Assembly: GCA_963825005.1 (NCBI GenBank)
Contig: CAWGRP010000019.1
Location: 239,742 to 303,741, forward strand
Origin: an uncultured delta proteobacterium
GTDB lineage: Bacteria > Desulfobacterota > Syntrophorhabdia > Syntrophorhabdales > WCHB1-27
Length of the DNA: 64,000 nucleotides
Direction of reading: 5' to 3'
Part shown: positions 46,419 through 54,642 of the stretch, in pieces
How the letters are laid out: each line of letters opens with the position of its first letter
Numbering within the stretch: position 1 is the first letter of the stretch
Made by a program: the position numbers and the translations under genes
Notes under the pieces: generated by a model
The model's input: the letters and a program-made list of their open reading frames with translations, nothing else
Database searches by the model: none
Told to the model about the DNA's origin: nothing

Positions 46419-47600
46419 ATGAGCGGCTATCATAAACGGGATTGGGAAACATTCCCGATGCACAAGCTCAAGAGAGTCGATAGACCGACGACCTTGATCA
46501 ACGATGAGAAGGTCGCCCGGGTGCGGGAGCGGGAAAGCGGCTTTCATAAAGCCGCTGCGGGTGATTATGGTCCCGTGCTCGTAAGGGAGTTCAGACGCTT
46601 TGTGCCGAAGCAGCCGATATCGGGCGCGCTCACGTGGATGAGGAATGCAATGAGACCTCTGGTCGACGGCATGGTCGCTGCCCAGAAGGCTCCTATTCCA
46701 ACGGACCCGGCAGCGCTCACCCGTCACGTCAAAGAAACCGCCTATTTCCTGAGGGCGGACGCAGTGGGCGTGTGTGAACTGCCGCGTTATGCTATTTACA
46801 GCCATAAGTTCGACTTCATGAAACCGGAAGCAGGAGAGCAACCGGTCGAGCTGGATCATAAGTATGCCATTACCGTGCTCATCGATCAGGACTACAGAAC
46901 ATCGCAGGCCTATTCAGGCAGCGATTGGATCAGCAACGCGATGAGCATGATGTCGTATGCCACCTCAGGTTTCATCGCGATCATCCTCGCCGACTACATC
47001 AGGAGGCTCGGCTATCCCGCTAAAGCGCACTACGCGCCCTTCTATGATGTGGTGCTGCCGCCTCTCATACTGCTCTCCGGCCTCGGCGAGATGAGCAGAA
47101 TCGGCGATTCGGTGCTCCACCCCTTTCTCGGGCCGCGATTCAAAGGGGCTGTGGTGACGACCGATCTTCCGCTTCTTGCGGACAAGCCTATCGATTTCGG
47201 CCTTCAGGATTTCTGTTCGAAGTGTAAGAAGTGCGCCCGTGAGTGTCCGAGCGGCGCCATAAGCGACGGCGGCAAGGAGATGTTCAACGGCTACGAGAAA
47301 TGGCCGATGGACAAAAAGAAGTGTACCGGTATGCGCGTCGGCAATCAGAGAGGTTCAGGCTGCGGCACGTGCATCAAGGTCTGTCCCTGGAGCAAGCCGT
47401 ACACGCCATTCCACAGGGCGGTAGGATGGAGCATGCGACACTCAGGGCTGGCCAGGAGCCTTGCGATCTGGGGAGACGACCTGATGGGCTACGGCAAGCC
47501 TGACTACAGCAGAAAGTGGTGGTTCGATCTCGAAGATGTGGCAGGAGACGGCATCTTAAAGATCCCCGCGAACAGGAAAAGCGAGTTCGAAGAGAGGTGA
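46419..47600 (+). CDS. Reductive-dehalogenase (RdhA)-family protein, cytoplasmic type; paralog of 43096..44262
   Basis: Same N-terminus MSGYHKRDW and the same Fe-S motifs CSKCKKCARECP and CGTCIKVCPW. By eye it is similar to paralog 1 along the whole length. Confidence 0.75.
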   Translation: MSGYHKRDWETFPMHKLKRVDRPTTLINDEKVARVRERESGFHKAAAGDYGPVLVREFRRFVPKQPISGALTWMRNAMRPLVDGMVAAQKAPIPTDPAALTRHVKETAYFLRADAVGVCELPRYAIYSHKFDFMKPEAGEQPVELDHKYAITVLIDQDYRTSQAYSGSDWISNAMSMMSYATSGFIAIILADYIRRLGYPAKAHYAPFYDVVLPPLILLSGLGEMSRIGDSVLHPFLGPRFKGAVVTTDLPLLADKPIDFGLQDFCSKCKKCARECPSGAISDGGKEMFNGYEKWPMDKKKCTGMRVGNQRGSGCGTCIKVCPWSKPYTPFHRAVGWSMRHSGLARSLAIWGDDLMGYGKPDYSRKWWFDLEDVAGDGILKIPANRKSEFEER

Positions 47601-47612
47601 GCGCTGCGCTCG

Positions 47613-48026
47613 CTATCTCTCTTCAGGTTGAATCGTATCCGACTGCTCCAGGTCCAGAGTTTCTTCTTCCTGCGGCGCCAACTCGGATGATATCTCGTCG
47701 ATTGTCTTCAACCCGCAGGCCCTGTCCGAACGTTCCCAGGGCAGGGAGCTGATAACAATCTCATCGGTGATGTTTGCAAGGCCGATGTGGTCTTCCACGA
47801 TCTCACGGAGCCTGCGGTGCTGTGCCTCGGTAGGCAGGAAACCCTCCAGGTGCACAGAGCCTGCCTCTACGGATATGCTTAACTCCTCCACATCGACGAC
47901 ACCATCCTCACGGAGCTCGTCAAAGATGGCTTTTGTGTCCAGCGCGTCGTGAAGCTCTGCCCGTTCTGCAGGCGTCGGCCCGGCTTCCTCGATTACCGGG
48001 GACCTCGTTCCTGTTGCTTTGCGCAT
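47613..48026 (-). CDS. Hypothetical acidic protein with a BON-like segment
   Basis: ..ISVEAGSVHLEGFLPTEAQHRRLREIVEDHIGLANITDEIVI resembles a BON domain. The start is taken at ATG 48026; the ORF track runs to 48089 and overlaps the dksA-like gene. Confidence 0.4.
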   Translation of the reverse strand: MRKATGTRSPVIEEAGPTPAERAELHDALDTKAIFDELREDGVVDVEELSISVEAGSVHLEGFLPTEAQHRRLREIVEDHIGLANITDEIVISSLPWERSDRACGLKTIDEISSELAPQEEETLDLEQSDTIQPEER

Positions 48027-48346
48027 CGCGTGCAGTATGCCGTCCAGGGAATAGCTTCGAGCCTTCTCGCAGAAATCCTCTTGCCGCACGATTGGCAGAC
48101 CGGATAATCGCCTGTCTCTACTCGGGCGAGAGCATTGTTTATCGCTTCGACTTCCTTTTCCTCCTGTTCGTCGAGTGATGCCATTACATCGCCGAGGCTC
48201 TCTTTCTGGGAGGCCTCCTCGAACTCGATCTCCGGTTCCAATAAGGTGCGCCGGGCTTCTTCAGTACGACGGTGTGCGTCGAAGATGGCGTCACGCCTTC
48301 TGACAAGTACCGAGCGAAGCTTAGTGGGATTCATTTTTTCAGTCAT
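47993..48346 (-). CDS. DksA/TraR-family C4 zinc-finger protein
   Basis: CQSCGKRISARRLEAIPWTAYCTRC preceded by a coiled-coil region. Confidence 0.8.
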   Translation of the reverse strand: MTEKMNPTKLRSVLVRRRDAIFDAHRRTEEARRTLLEPEIEFEEASQKESLGDVMASLDEQEEKEVEAINNALARVETGDYPVCQSCGKRISARRLEAIPWTAYCTRCAKQQERGPR

Positions 48347-48385
48347 GGATACCTCCTTAAACGGTGCTGCTTTGCGCCTTCACCG

Positions 48386-49003
48386 CTATTTGGCTTTGCC
48401 CCCGATCGGCTTGTAGAACACGTGATGGGCGATAGTCGCGGTCCTGATATATTTTTTTGACCAGGCCGGAGCCGGAGCTGATTTGTTGTCGTGGAAATAG
48501 AGTGCGCCGCCGGTGAGATCTGTCAGTTCGTGATTGAGAGCCTTGCGGGCCATTTCTTTGGCAGCTGCGTAGGGTTCCTCCTCCTGTGCCGAATCCGGTT
48601 TCCCATCACACCACCAGGAGAATTGGCAGGTATGTTGCTCCTGTCCCTGCTTGACGATTCCGCAGATCGTGCTCGGGAATCCCTCATGGCCCAGGCGGTT
48701 CATGACCACATTGGCTATGGCTTGCATATCGGCAGCATTTGAGCTCCTGGCTTCCCAATATATGGTGCGGGCAAGGCAGGTGATTGCATCATTCAGGCCC
48801 TCCTTGCCGGTTGGATCGACCGCCTGAGCCTCCGAATGCGTTATGGCGTCGGCCGCCGGTGGGTCGACCCCTTTGACTGTAGCTTTCTCCTCAACAACAG
48901 CCTTGCTTTTGGCAGTCTTCTCTTTCTCGGGCTGTTCGCTCGTGGTTGCCTGGCAGGCAAAAAAGAGAATGAGACAGACTGTAACAAGAATACTCTTGCC
49001 CAT
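48386..49003 (-). CDS. SleB-like cell-wall hydrolase (Hydrolase_2 family), secreted
   Basis: Signal peptide, then CLARTIYWEARSS...QAIANVVMNRL.....FP.TICGVV.Q....CQFSWWCDG. Confidence 0.8.
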   Translation of the reverse strand: MGKSILVTVCLILFFACQATTSEQPEKEKTAKSKAVVEEKATVKGVDPPAADAITHSEAQAVDPTGKEGLNDAITCLARTIYWEARSSNAADMQAIANVVMNRLGHEGFPSTICGIVKQGQEQHTCQFSWWCDGKPDSAQEEEPYAAAKEMARKALNHELTDLTGGALYFHDNKSAPAPAWSKKYIRTATIAHHVFYKPIGGKAK

Positions 49004-49055
49004 ATTGAATCGTAGTTACTAAAAGTCTATTGAGCAAGGGGGCGCGTGAAAGACA

Positions 49056-49298
49056 GACCGCTGCGCTAGGAAGACCGTTCGCGATGCTCACTAGGAAGAC
49101 CGCCTTCGGCTAGGAAGATGGAAGAGAGAAACCTATATCTACTGGACGGACCAGCGGATGTTCGCTTTGCTTCCTAATCACGCCAGAGGCGTGATGGTCT
49201 TCCTAGCGAACGTAGTGAGCGGTCTTCCTAGCGCGCAGCGCGGTCTTCCCTCTTCCTAGCGAACGTAGTGAGCGATCTTCCTAGCGAAGCGATCTTCC
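49056..49298. repeat. Family-3 word repeat element, copy 2
   Basis: Collinear with 42790-43030, with extra CTAGCGAACGTAGTGAGCG(G/A)TCTTCCTAG words at the right end. Confidence 0.8.
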
Positions 49299-49324
49299 AT
49301 CGTGTATTCAGAAAGGGGTTGGTA

Positions 49325-49399
49325 TGGAGGCGGCATCCGGATTTGAACCGGAGAATAACGGTTTTGCAGACCGCTGCCTTACCACTTGGCTATGCCGCC
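49325..49399 (-). tRNA. tRNA-Cys (GCA), CCA-encoded
   Basis: Manual fold of GGCGGCA-TA-GCC..GGC-A-GCGGT CTGCAAA ACCGT-TATTC-TCCGG TTCAAAT CCGGA-TGCCGCC-T-CCA. Confidence 0.9.
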
Positions 49400-49480
49400 A
49401 GGCAAAGGGGAAGGGTTTGTTGACCCGCCTATTTGTAGATTTCAAGGCAGGCAAGTCATCTCACCGTTGTTATTACGTAT

Positions 49481-49555
<75 letters not shown>

Positions 49556-49608
49556 GCCGTCTTAAGTTTATAATATAATCCCGTATCCATGTCAATGCCT
49601 GCTGCCGG

Positions 49609-49871
49609 GCTGCCTTCAAGCGCATACCTTCGTTGTCGCAGCGTCGCTTTCGTCGACGTACCTCAAGGTACGCCTTCCTCGGCTCCTCGCTGCCGCCTCG
49701 GCCTGCACTCGAATGCAGCCCGGCAGGGATCATCAGGCTGCCTTCAAGCGCATACCTTCGTTGTCGCAGCGTCGCGCTCCTTCGACGTACTTATAGTACG
49801 CCTCGGGTACCCGCTTGCGGGTGTGCGCTCCTCGCTGCCGCCTCGGCCTGCACTCGAATGCAGCCCGGCAG
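49609..49871 (+). repeat. Two tandem units of 118 and 135 nt (49609-49726, 49737-49871)
   Basis: Shared blocks GCTGCCTTCAAGCGCATACCTTCGTTGTCGCAGCGTCGC and CTCCTCGCTGCCGCCTCGGCCTGCACTCGAATGCAGCCCGGCAG. Unit 2 carries an inserted GGGTACCCGCTTGCGGGTG hairpin. Confidence 0.8.
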
Positions 49872-49965
49872 CGAGGATCGCTGCAGGATCAGGAAGCCTG
49901 TCCTACTGCTGTGGATTTCTCTTGGTGACGAAATAGTATGGACGCGCAAGGAAAAATATGACTAT

Positions 49966-50778
49966 ATGATGGGCATGCTTCAATCCGTGATGGATCTGCT
50001 GCCTCACCACTCGATTCTCTTCTGGATCTCCGCGAGCTGCGCTGTGACAATGGTCGGCATTTCCAAAGCGGGATTCGGCGCCGGCGTGGGTGTAATCTCA
50101 ACGCCGCTCATGGCCCTGACGATTTCCGTGTCGGATGCAGCGGCATTGCTGCTGCCACTGCTCGTGCTCTGTGATATTGTGGCTGTCTACGCTTACGGGA
50201 CGGGCTTTCATCGGCGAAGCATCAAGGTTCTCCTTCCCGGGGCGATAGTCGGCATTGCCATAGGAGGAATCTTCTTCGGCTACTTCATCGGGATGGATCG
50301 CAGTATGCGTGTCGGCATCGGCGTGCTTGCCATTCTCTTTGTCATTTTTCAGGCTGCCCGGGCCTATATTATGGGCGCGCTGAAAGAGCACCGTCCTCAC
50401 GCCGCGGAAGGGCTGCTCATGGGGGCTATCTCGGGTTTCACCTCCACGCTTGCCCATGCCGGAGGTCCTCCGCTGGCCGTCTACCTCCTTCCGCAAAAGC
50501 TGAGCCCGTCACTTTATGTAGGCACCTCGGTGATATTCTTCGCTGTCACAAACGCACTCAAGTTGATCCCTTACGGGGTGCTCGGTATGCTCAAAGTGGG
50601 CAACATTACCACCATCGCCTTGCTTGCCCCTTTAACTTACGTCGGTGTACAACTCGGCCTCTACCTGAACAACCGTGTTTCTCCGAAGTGGTTTAACCGC
50701 GTGGTATACGGAGTGCTCTTTGTCAGCGGGCTGGATTTAATCGGGATACCGAAACTTGTTTCGGGGCTGTTCCACTAA
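49966..50778 (+). CDS. TauE/SafE-family (sulfite exporter-like) membrane protein
   Basis: Multi-TM with ..GISKAGFGAG.G....P and ..GFTS..AHAGGPP..VYLL. ATG 49966; the ORF-track N-terminus is translated repeat DNA. Confidence 0.8.
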   Translation: MMGMLQSVMDLLPHHSILFWISASCAVTMVGISKAGFGAGVGVISTPLMALTISVSDAAALLLPLLVLCDIVAVYAYGTGFHRRSIKVLLPGAIVGIAIGGIFFGYFIGMDRSMRVGIGVLAILFVIFQAARAYIMGALKEHRPHAAEGLLMGAISGFTSTLAHAGGPPLAVYLLPQKLSPSLYVGTSVIFFAVTNALKLIPYGVLGMLKVGNITTIALLAPLTYVGVQLGLYLNNRVSPKWFNRVVYGVLFVSGLDLIGIPKLVSGLFH

Positions 50779-51191
50779 TACTCGGACAGATCCGGCTTGG
50801 TTCCGCGTGATCGTTTCTTCTGCGATGTGATGTGCTTAAACTCCAGCACTTTTTCTTTCGCGCGGCGAGAGCGGCGTCGTTTCTGACGCTTCAGTTTTTC
50901 GATGCGCTGCTGTTGCTCGCTCTTTTTTCCGAGGATTATGTTCTCGATCTTTTCAGCGAGTATGCGCCGGGCGAAAAACCGGTTCAGGGCCTGTGAACGC
51001 TCCTGCTGGCACTTGACCTCAACCCCTGTCGGCACATGTTTCAGGTAAACGCAGGTGGATACTTTGTTCACATTTTGGCCGCCGTGACCGCGGGATCGGA
51101 TGAACCGTTCGATCAGATCCTCTTCGCGGATCCCGAGCTTCGCCATCTTTTCTTGAAGCGCTTTTTCTTTTTCCGGGCTGACAGCGTACAT
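50775..51191 (-). CDS. RF-1-domain (GGQ) peptidyl-tRNA hydrolase, ArfB-like ribosome rescue factor
   Basis: SRGHGGQNVNKVSTCVYLKH plus a basic C-terminal tail KLKRQKRRRSRRAKEK. Confidence 0.7.
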   Translation of the reverse strand: MYAVSPEKEKALQEKMAKLGIREEDLIERFIRSRGHGGQNVNKVSTCVYLKHVPTGVEVKCQQERSQALNRFFARRILAEKIENIILGKKSEQQQRIEKLKRQKRRRSRRAKEKVLEFKHITSQKKRSRGTKPDLSEY

Positions 51192-51218
51192 GGACAGTAG
51201 TATAGCACGGAAAGGACA

Positions 51219-51413
51219 GGGTCACGGGGTCACGGGTCACGTAGAAACCCGAATACAATTATGTGAAACACCTGCAGAACGCACCGTTTAACTGCAACTG
51301 ATACTCGCACATAATTGGTTAGCTCTTCTCGCCGTGACAAGCGAAGGCTTTTTGGCGGGTTCTAGCTTTCATTTCATTGACTGGCCCCGTGACCCGTGAC
51401 CCAGGACCCGGTC
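51219..51413. repeat. About 195-nt element bounded by inverted heptamer arrays: (GGGTCAC)n at 51219-51241 and (GTGACCC)n-like at 51385-51413
   Basis: GGGTCACGGGGTCACGGGTCACG ... CCCCGTGACCCGTGACCCAGGACCCGGTC, read directly from the sequence. Confidence 0.7.
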
Positions 51414-52043
51414 AGCTATGTGTTATACTTGCACCGATGGTTCGCGACCCTTTCCATCGGCAATCTTCGCCTGCCTCAGCCGTTTTTTCTTGCGCCGCTT
51501 GCGGGCGTGAGTGATCTGACTTACAGGCTCATCAGCCGCTCTTTCGGCGTTACGCTGGCATTCACGGAGATGGTCAGCGCCCGGGCTTTGAAGTATGGCA
51601 ACAAGAGGTGCCGGGATATGCTCGTAAGCGCTGATGCGGACCGGCCGCTCGGAATACAATTGGTTGCCGGAGATCAGGAGGACATCCTTTCTGCTCTTGA
51701 AGTGCTCGAACAATACCGGTTCGACGTGATCGACCTTAATGCCGCCTGCCCTGTATCGAAGATCGTTCGCAGAGGGGAAGGGGCAGGCCTTCTCAAAGAG
51801 CCTCAACGACTCCAGAAGCTCGCGAGCGCTCTGGTTCACAAGTCAGGTAAGCCTGTCACGCTGAAGATACGGGCCGGTTGGGATGCGGCTTCCATCAATG
51901 CGCCGGAAGTCGCAAAGATGGCTGAGGACGCGGGCGTGGCTGCGGTTTGCGTTCACGGACGGACTAAGGCCCAGGGCTATGACGGGAGAGTCGATTACGG
52001 AGTGATCAGAAAAGTGAAAGAAGCCGTGGCATCCCGGTCATAG
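51396..52043 (+). CDS. dus: tRNA-dihydrouridine synthase, N-terminal part (frameshifted gene)
   Basis: ..FFLAPLAGVSDLTYRLISRSFG.....EMVSA.AL, DLNAACP, and C..VHGRT..Q.Y.G..DY. The frame is lost after VKEAV near 52027. Confidence 0.8.
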   Translation: MTQDPVSYVLYLHRWFATLSIGNLRLPQPFFLAPLAGVSDLTYRLISRSFGVTLAFTEMVSARALKYGNKRCRDMLVSADADRPLGIQLVAGDQEDILSALEVLEQYRFDVIDLNAACPVSKIVRRGEGAGLLKEPQRLQKLASALVHKSGKPVTLKIRAGWDAASINAPEVAKMAEDAGVAAVCVHGRTKAQGYDGRVDYGVIRKVKEAVASRS

Positions 52044-52107
52044 GCACAGGCGACGTATTTTCAGGTGAACTTGCCATGAAAATGTTCGCGAGACAGGGTG
52101 CGACGGG

Positions 52108-52461
52108 GTGGCAGTCGCCCGCGGTTCTATGGGTAACCCCTGGATCTTCAGAGAGATAGCCGAGTTGCTGCATGATGGAACTGCGCCGGCGAGGCCGAGC
52201 AAGGATGAAGTCATTTCTACGATGAGAGACCATCTTAATCTATCAATGACTCTTCTCGGGGAAACGCTGGCGGTTCTGACCTTCCGCAAGTTCTTTGTCT
52301 GGTATAGCCATGGTTTCGCCAAGGTGAGGCCGTTGCGTACCAAAGCCTTGCAAGCACGATCTCTTGAAGAGATGCTGGGCGTGATCGAAGAGCTGCGCGC
52401 CTTAGGACATTTCATATATCGCAGATCAGGACGGATAACGGCTTGTCGATCAAGATCGTAA
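52108..52461 (+). CDS. dus: tRNA-dihydrouridine synthase, C-terminal part
   Basis: ..VARGSMGNPWIFREI... The missing IPVIGTGDVFSGELAMKMFARQGA segment is encoded at 52030-52100 in the third frame, so two frameshifts separate the parts. Confidence 0.75.
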   Translation: MAVARGSMGNPWIFREIAELLHDGTAPARPSKDEVISTMRDHLNLSMTLLGETLAVLTFRKFFVWYSHGFAKVRPLRTKALQARSLEEMLGVIEELRALGHFIYRRSGRITACRSRS

Positions 52462-52666
52462 ATTAATATTTGACCTCCTAAACAATAGAGTCACACAGTT
52501 CAACGGGGACTCCAATGACGAAGTGACAGTTTTTGCGGATTCTCGATTTGAGAATTCACGCGGCGTACCAGGTGTCGGTCGATAATGCTGAAGGATAAAT
52601 GTTCGATATTCGAATTTGGAGTCTTTACCAGTTCTGTCTTGGATGCGCACGTGACTAAACTCACGT

Positions 52667-52900
52667 CTAACTACACCTTCTTCTTCTTTCTTGTACAGCA
52701 GCATCTCGGGAAGCGGGATCCGCAAGCTGATGGCGTCTCACGGGGCATTCCTCAACGCAGCAGTTGCAATGAAAACAGAATTCGGGATACGTGACTACGG
52801 GTAGCTTCCCTGCCTCCGAGCCGAAGTAGACATCCTCGGCACAAACCTCACTGCAGGTCCCGCACTGAATGCATTTCGTTGTATCTATGACAGGTGGCAT
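52667..52900 (-). CDS. 2x[4Fe-4S] ferredoxin, AprB-like; 3' end frameshifted near 52735-52741
   Basis: CIQCGTCSEVC and CFHCNCCVEECP. The expected continuation (V)DAISLRIPLPEMLL.. is in the frame of ORF 52450..52725. Confidence 0.75.
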   Translation of the reverse strand: MPPVIDTTKCIQCGTCSEVCAEDVYFGSEAGKLPVVTYPEFCFHCNCCVEECPVRRHQLADPASRDAAVQERRRRCS

Positions 52901-52916
52901 TTGGCTCTCCTTGGTT

Positions 52917-53996
52917 TTACTCTACTTTTTTCCATTCCATCACGGGTTTGCCGTCTACCCGCTTAACAAAAATTGCCTTACCGTCAAGCACCGGATCAGT
53001 CAGAGGATAATCCGGCCTGTTGTGGAGTGCCCGCGTTTCTTTCCGTTCCCTCGCTGCCAGAAAGACAAGCTCTCCCAAGTCAAGCAGGTTCAGTGTTTCG
53101 AGCGCTCGGGTGAGCTCCCAGCGATTTCGCGCAACCATCGATGACGCTGCTTTCTCTTTCAGCCGCCTCACGTAGCTCAGGCCGGCTGACATCAGTGTCT
53201 CGGTCCGGACGAGCCCGACATAGTCCTGCATGATCTGCTGTAGCGCAATGTTTGTCTCTTTCCAGTCCGGACCTTGCTGGCGGCTGAGCATGTCCTGGAT
53301 CATACTGCCTTTTTCCTCGACATACGCCCCTGGTATCGCTTCCGGAGCGGCGACGCCCCGTGCAAACGTCGCGGCGCTATGGCCGGCAATCCAGCCGTAT
53401 GTGGCCGCGGGCCCTATACTCACGATCGACTCGTCACCGGCGGCGTAGAGACCTTTAACCGATGTCTCGGCCTTCTCGTTAATCCATATCTTTGCCTCAG
53501 GATAGATGTGATACGTGCCGAATTCAACGGGATGCTTACGCAGGTCGACCTTCTCGTCTTTCAGGTAGTTTATCATTGCCGTGAGTCCCTCGTGGACAAA
53601 GGCTTCCATCATATACGCGTAATCCTCCTCGGATATACCGCGGCAGTCCATGTAGACCGGCCCTCTGCCTGATTTGAGATAATCTTCGAGGATGGTGCTC
53701 CTTGCCTCCATCGTCATGTCGCCATACCTTCGGTCAGGCTTTGTCACGTAGGGTCCGATCGGTTTTCCCTGCGGATCCCTCAAGACGCCGACCCAGGTAG
53801 CCTGTCCGTATCGGCCAAAATAGCGGGGACCCATGTGACGTTTTGGGCTTTCGGGGCCCACGAGGGTGGCTCCGGCCCTGTAGGTCATAGCTCGACCATC
53901 GCCTGTAAGTGAAAGGCACCCGGGAGTGCTTGCCATCCAGCCCGGCACCGGCGAGGGATAGAGCCGCTCGACCACTCCCGTGCGCCACAATGACAC
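52917..53996 (-). CDS. FAD-dependent oxidoreductase (AprA / fumarate-reductase-flavoprotein-like), C-terminal part
   Basis: ..LTGDGRAMTYRAGATLVGPE......GP.....YG... and ..GLYAAGDES.. are typical of AprA/FrdA-like flavoproteins. Confidence 0.7.
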   Translation of the reverse strand: MSLWRTGVVERLYPSPVPGWMASTPGCLSLTGDGRAMTYRAGATLVGPESPKRHMGPRYFGRYGQATWVGVLRDPQGKPIGPYVTKPDRRYGDMTMEARSTILEDYLKSGRGPVYMDCRGISEEDYAYMMEAFVHEGLTAMINYLKDEKVDLRKHPVEFGTYHIYPEAKIWINEKAETSVKGLYAAGDESIVSIGPAATYGWIAGHSAATFARGVAAPEAIPGAYVEEKGSMIQDMLSRQQGPDWKETNIALQQIMQDYVGLVRTETLMSAGLSYVRRLKEKAASSMVARNRWELTRALETLNLLDLGELVFLAARERKETRALHNRPDYPLTDPVLDGKAIFVKRVDGKPVMEWKKVE

Positions 53997-54004
53997 TCTT
54001 TGCT

Positions 54005-54598
54005 TTAAACAGGAACATCCTGTTTCTCACGGGTGTCCACGCCCAGGGCGCCACACACACCGCTCTCATCGCGCAGCAGATCAAAGATCATCACCCTGTT
54101 GACTATCCTCGCACCCTTTTCCAGGGCCTTGTTGGTCAGTACGCGTTTCTGCGAGTGCCCTTTGTATTTCAGATGAGTGAAAATGTCTCCCGGGAATGAG
54201 TGGCCTGAAAACTCCCATTTTCCGTCATGTTTCATCGGGATGCCCCAGCTATCCCAGAGCTTGACCACGTCGAAAGAATTTTCAAGAAAGGTTCTCATCA
54301 CTTTCATGCTGGTTCCGGCTTGCATGATGCGGAGTTTCGGTCCCTTGAGGCATTCTTTGAGGAATGAATCCATATCCGAGCCATGAACCTCAGGTATGTA
54401 GCACCAGAAATGGTCATTACCGGCGCGGCCACGACCGCTATAAAGTGCATTGCCTTTTTCAGCCACAACAACCGTTGCGCCGACCTCTCTTGCGCTGATT
54501 GCTGCCATCAAGCCGGCAATCCCTCCGCCCACGCAGAGCACATCAGACTCGATAGTTTCTATTTCCTGCCTCCCTGCCGCTTCCATTATTACCTCCAC
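54005..54598 (-). CDS. FAD-dependent oxidoreductase, N-terminal part (dinucleotide-binding)
   Basis: DVLCVGGGIAGLMAAISA (GxGxxG). The linking segment FLFKAKSVIVAHGSG is in a third frame (about 53975-54015). Confidence 0.7.
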   Translation of the reverse strand: MEVIMEAAGRQEIETIESDVLCVGGGIAGLMAAISAREVGATVVVAEKGNALYSGRGRAGNDHFWCYIPEVHGSDMDSFLKECLKGPKLRIMQAGTSMKVMRTFLENSFDVVKLWDSWGIPMKHDGKWEFSGHSFPGDIFTHLKYKGHSQKRVLTNKALEKGARIVNRVMIFDLLRDESGVCGALGVDTREKQDVPV

Positions 54599-54642
54599 GA
54601 GCTCTGTTGGTCAGGGCTTTACCTCTGCTGTTCCCCGACTCT

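Noticed and set aside
49609-49871. A possible CRISPR array, also considered for the heptamer and word arrays at 39464-39570, 51219-51413 and 59030-59235.
   Set aside because: There are only two long units or very short tandem words. There is no regular repeat-spacer periodicity with unique spacers, and there are no cas genes in the window.
53997-54004. A selenocysteine or stop-codon read-through joining the two flavoprotein ORFs.
   Set aside because: The stop is TAA, not TGA. The two ORFs are in different frames, and a conserved linking peptide (FLFKAKSVIVAHGSG) is readable in the third frame. These are simple indels.
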